Part shown: one piece after another, positions 35,200-37,689 of the stretch
Layout of the letters: each line of letters opens with the position of its first letter
Numbering within the stretch: position 1 is the stretch's first letter
Virus record (IMG/VR): IMGVR_UViG_3300014613_000055
Coordinates: 1 to 37,689 of that record
Source of the DNA: a virus
Taxonomy: Duplodnaviria; Caudoviricetes
Strand: one strand, 5' to 3'
DNA length: 37,689 bases
Notes under the pieces: generated by a model
Told to the model about the DNA's origin: nothing
The model's input: only the letters and a program-made list of their open reading frames with translations
Database searches by the model: none
Program-made: the position numbers and the translations under genes

Positions 35200-35392
35200 A
35201 AACTGGCACATACACTTATTGAAGATTGGAAATTTCAATTTAAGAATAGACCCGATGCGAAAAAACAAGGCAATAGGGGTTTTGCTATCAGAGGAAAGTT
35301 TTGGCAAAGGCTGGAGATTTGAGGGGTTATCATTGTACTTTTATTCTTTCGTATTGAGAATCGGAATATATAAAAGGGGGTGGAAAAAATGA
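35171..35392 (+). CDS. Hypothetical protein
   Basis: ORF track; start probably ATG 35192. Confidence 0.5.
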   Translation: MLIQKTLMNKNWHIHLLKIGNFNLRIDPMRKNKAIGVLLSEESFGKGWRFEGLSLYFYSFVLRIGIYKRGWKK

Positions 35393-35504
35393 ACATAAAG
35401 GACTTATTTGATGTATTATTCATAATGGCAAACAACAATTGGATTACAGAAAAGGAAGCCATAAAAATTATAAATGGATATTTTGGATTGAAACTGAAAG
35501 GTAA

Positions 35505-35957
35505 ATGAACAAATACTCACTATTACTTTTAATAACAGCCTTTCTAATACTAGGAATATCACTTAATGTACAACAACACAGAGATAAACAAAATGTTAAA
35601 CCAACACACGAAGAACGGGTTGAAGTGGTTGGAGATGAGGAAATTGAAAAAAGAAGTGAAGAACACATTGATATACGGAATATCTCACCCAGAAGCGATA
35701 ATATGGAAATTACCACCTACATCAAGGAAATATGGGGAGATAATGCGGATTGGGGTATTAGCCTCGCTATGTGTGAGTCAACTCTTAATCCTTTGGCTGT
35801 CAGTCCGTCAGGGAGATATGTTGGTCTTTTTCAATTTGATGAACTTACTTTTGATACTAATTGTGATGGGAATAGGGAAGAATGGAAAGACCAGGTCAGG
35901 TGTACGAAAAAACTAATTGATAGAGGAGAATATTCTAGGTGGCCTAACTGCCCTTAA
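35505..35957 (+). CDS. Membrane-anchored SLT/Rpf-like lytic transglycosylase
   Basis: N-terminal TM; CES.LNP.A....GLFQF...W..C motifs. Confidence 0.85.
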   Translation: MNKYSLLLLITAFLILGISLNVQQHRDKQNVKPTHEERVEVVGDEEIEKRSEEHIDIRNISPRSDNMEITTYIKEIWGDNADWGISLAMCESTLNPLAVSPSGRYVGLFQFDELTFDTNCDGNREEWKDQVRCTKKLIDRGEYSRWPNCP

Positions 35958-35978
35958 CTGGAACTATATAAAAGAAAA

Positions 35979-36347
35979 ATGAGACACAGAATTATAAATT
36001 TTAGAACAGGGTTAGGAAATCCAAGCAAAGAGCTTATGGATAACAATGGAAAGGTAAATAAAAAAATGTTGTTTGAGGCAATCGACTTGTTTTTCAGTAA
36101 ATGGGGCGGATGCGACTTCTCTATTAAAGAGGATGGAATTTTAATTGGTATCGAGCCAGCCTACCAATATGAATATTTAAAAGTTATATTTATTAACACA
36201 AATAAAGATTACAGCTACTTTGAACAAGGTAGGGCTTGGGGTGGTTATGGAAGTGGGATAGCTTCAACTAGAAAATATTATAAAGACTATAAAAACAAAT
36301 CAAAATTCATTAAATTTGTTGATAAATGGTATATAAAAGGAAAATGA
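35979..36347 (+). CDS. Hypothetical protein
   Basis: ORF track. Confidence 0.6.
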   Translation: MRHRIINFRTGLGNPSKELMDNNGKVNKKMLFEAIDLFFSKWGGCDFSIKEDGILIGIEPAYQYEYLKVIFINTNKDYSYFEQGRAWGGYGSGIASTRKYYKDYKNKSKFIKFVDKWYIKGK

Positions 36348-36586
36348 GAAAGAAAATAGAAAAAATATTAAAAGAGGGCTATTTTGGATATGAAAAGGAT
36401 TATGACAGAAAAAGTGTAGATAAAATTCTTAAACTATTCTCCTCCCAAAGAAAAGAGTTGATAGAGGAGATAGAGAAACACATAAAAGGCTTAATTGAAG
36501 TAGACAAAATATTGAAAACCAAAGGAGAAGAATACGAAGTAGTTTTATATTATTTAGACAAACTAAAGAAGAAGGAAGGAGGTTAA
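36344..36586 (+). CDS. Hypothetical K/E-rich protein
   Basis: ORF track 36326-36586; ATGA-coupled start 36344. Confidence 0.6.
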   Translation: MRKKIEKILKEGYFGYEKDYDRKSVDKILKLFSSQRKELIEEIEKHIKGLIEVDKILKTKGEEYEVVLYYLDKLKKKEGG

Positions 36587-36587
36587 G

Positions 36588-36866
36588 ATGAAGAAATTAC
36601 CGACATATCAATCTGATAAACTGATAGCTGAGTTTATTGTTGACAACCCTGACTATGCAAAGAAATATTTGAGAGCAACAATGCGAGAAACTAGACTCAA
36701 AGAGAGAAACATAGAAATTGCGATGCGATATATAACAAGTGACGAGAGCTACAAAGAAGTAGGTGAACATTACGGCTTAACACTAGAAAGAATAAGACAA
36801 ATTACACACAAACTCATGAGAGTGATTGGGGTTTTGTTAAGGAGAATAGAACGTAAGGTAGCTTAA
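36588..36866 (+). CDS. Sigma-70 region 4-like HTH protein
   Basis: SYKEVGEHYGLTLERIRQI closely matches the region 4.2 consensus. Confidence 0.82.
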   Translation: MKKLPTYQSDKLIAEFIVDNPDYAKKYLRATMRETRLKERNIEIAMRYITSDESYKEVGEHYGLTLERIRQITHKLMRVIGVLLRRIERKVA

Positions 36867-36941
36867 CAAGGGTTTTGGACTTGAGGTTATGAATGTCCGA
36901 AAGGAGTTTACGCCTCAAGCCTAAAGCTCTGGTTATATCAA
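36862..36941 (+). repeat. Fourth copy of the conserved-end stem element
   Basis: CTTAACAAGGGTTTTGG identical to 907-923; CTAAAGCTCTGGTT = 1019-1032; AAGCTCTGGTTATATCAA = 1128-1145. Confidence 0.9.
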
Positions 36942-37001
36942 TCTAACGGAAATATTGATATAAGAAAAAAATTATATCAATGGTCTGATATAGCGAGGCT
37001 A

Positions 37002-37273
37002 ATTAGTCGCACAAGCGACATTGTAAGACGGAGGTGAATAAAGATGGTATTAGACAGAAAAGCATATAAAGTAAATTTTGGGAGAGAGACTACTGTTGGT
37101 GATGTTTGTAGTGAAGATTCAAAAGTTGTGATTGCTGAAACAGCCGAAAGAGCTATTGAAATAGCAAAGGATTTATTATCAGCAAAAGAAAAGAAAGTAT
37201 ATTATGTTTCAGAAGTAGAAATGTTAATAAGCAAAATTGACGAAGATTAGTCGCATAACAACATTGTAAGACG
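37002..37273 (+). repeat. Imperfect ~28-bp direct repeat ATTAGTCGCA...ACATTGTAAGACG flanking one gene
   Basis: Copies at 37002-37030 and 37246-37273. Confidence 0.85.
37044..37250 (+). CDS. Hypothetical protein (68 aa)
   Basis: GGAGGTG SD; VIAETAERAIEIA beta-alpha pattern. Confidence 0.75.
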   Translation: MVLDRKAYKVNFGRETTVGDVCSEDSKVVIAETAERAIEIAKDLLSAKEKKVYYVSEVEMLISKIDED

Positions 37274-37279
37274 AATAAT

Positions 37280-37642
37280 ATGAACAAATTAAAAAAGATA
37301 ATAGAGTATGCGGCAGAGAGAGGGTGGAAGAAACCGTATAGAACAATGGATGCCGAAACTGTGATTGAAAGCGGTTGGGTAAAGTACATTCTCTTTGACC
37401 ACGACTTTGCAAAGGCTGTGTTTGGGGAGGGAATGGCTGTTGATTACACCAAATCGTGCCCACATTGTGGAGGAGACCTGAAAATTTCTAATCCTACTGG
37501 AAAATGTAGTCATATTTATTACCCCGAGGCCTGCGATGTTTGTTCTTCCTACTACATAGACTGGATTGACCACCTTCAACAAGCCGTTATTAGTAAAGAC
37601 CCAATAGATTATTATTACAAATATATAAGGAAATTAAAATGA
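37280..37642 (+). CDS. Hypothetical protein with Cys/His insert
   Basis: ILFDHDFAKAVFG; CPHC..C.H...C..C. Confidence 0.75.
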   Translation: MNKLKKIIEYAAERGWKKPYRTMDAETVIESGWVKYILFDHDFAKAVFGEGMAVDYTKSCPHCGGDLKISNPTGKCSHIYYPEACDVCSSYYIDWIDHLQQAVISKDPIDYYYKYIRKLK

Positions 37643-37689
37643 AGAACACAGAGAAGAAGAAATGTGAACTTTGCGAAAGGGAAGTAAAT
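37639..37689 (+). CDS. N-terminal part of the wrap-around Cys-rich protein
   Basis: ATG 37639, exactly 17 codons to the window end (MKNTEKKKCELCEREVN). Confidence 0.7.
   Translation, partial: MKNTEKKKCELCEREVN

Larger units (their letters stand above)
1..37689 (+). mobile_element. Tailed dsDNA bacteriophage genome (podovirus-like), probably complete and circularly permuted
   Basis: terS-terL-portal-scaffold-capsid, tail and lysis modules present; no tape-measure/tail-tube set; ORF at the right edge joins in frame to the left edge. Confidence 0.92.

Noticed and set aside
585-37582. Minus-strand ORFs and short alternative-frame ORFs in the track (e.g. 23678-24130, 28326-28772, 35566-35916)
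   Set aside because: Shadows of well-supported + strand genes; no motifs or ribosome-binding sites.
1-37689. Stop-codon reassignment and a firm host assignment
   Set aside because: Genes are intact in code 11 with TAA, TAG and TGA all used as stops; the host cannot be determined from sequence reading alone.

Overview
The window looks like the complete, circularly permuted genome of an AT-rich, short-tailed (podovirus-like) dsDNA phage. The ORF cut at the right edge (37639-37689) continues in frame into bases 1-129. Almost all genes are on the + strand. The order is terS, terL (PBSX-type), portal, scaffold and N4-gp56-type major capsid. Next comes a ~9 kb sugar/phospho-sugar modification cluster: NDP-sugar epimerase, split transketolase-like pair, asparagine-synthase-like ATP pyrophosphatase, cytidylyltransferase + LicD, three SAM methyltransferases, three glycosyltransferase-like genes and an MT-A70 adenine methyltransferase. 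Then follow probable ejection proteins (including a 1699-aa protein), tail adaptor/nozzle/fibre, CHAP endolysin + holins, a metallophosphoesterase and ~30 small early genes. I recognise no integrase, polymerase, primase, helicase or tRNA. The most unusual signals are non-coding. (i) A family of long-stem elements with conserved attC/RNase-III-like ends (CTTAACAAGGGTTT...AAGCTCTGGTT) and variable, folded interiors, some with complementary loops, arrayed upstream of terS and near 36.9 kb; related stems lie elsewhere, one bracketing a whole gene between 18-bp direct repeats. (ii) Four promoter-short leader-terminator modules sharing an AGGT(T/A)A motif, one in front of each late operon. (iii) Single small genes flanked by 14-27 bp direct repeats. 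All protein calls come from motif recognition by eye; no database search was run.
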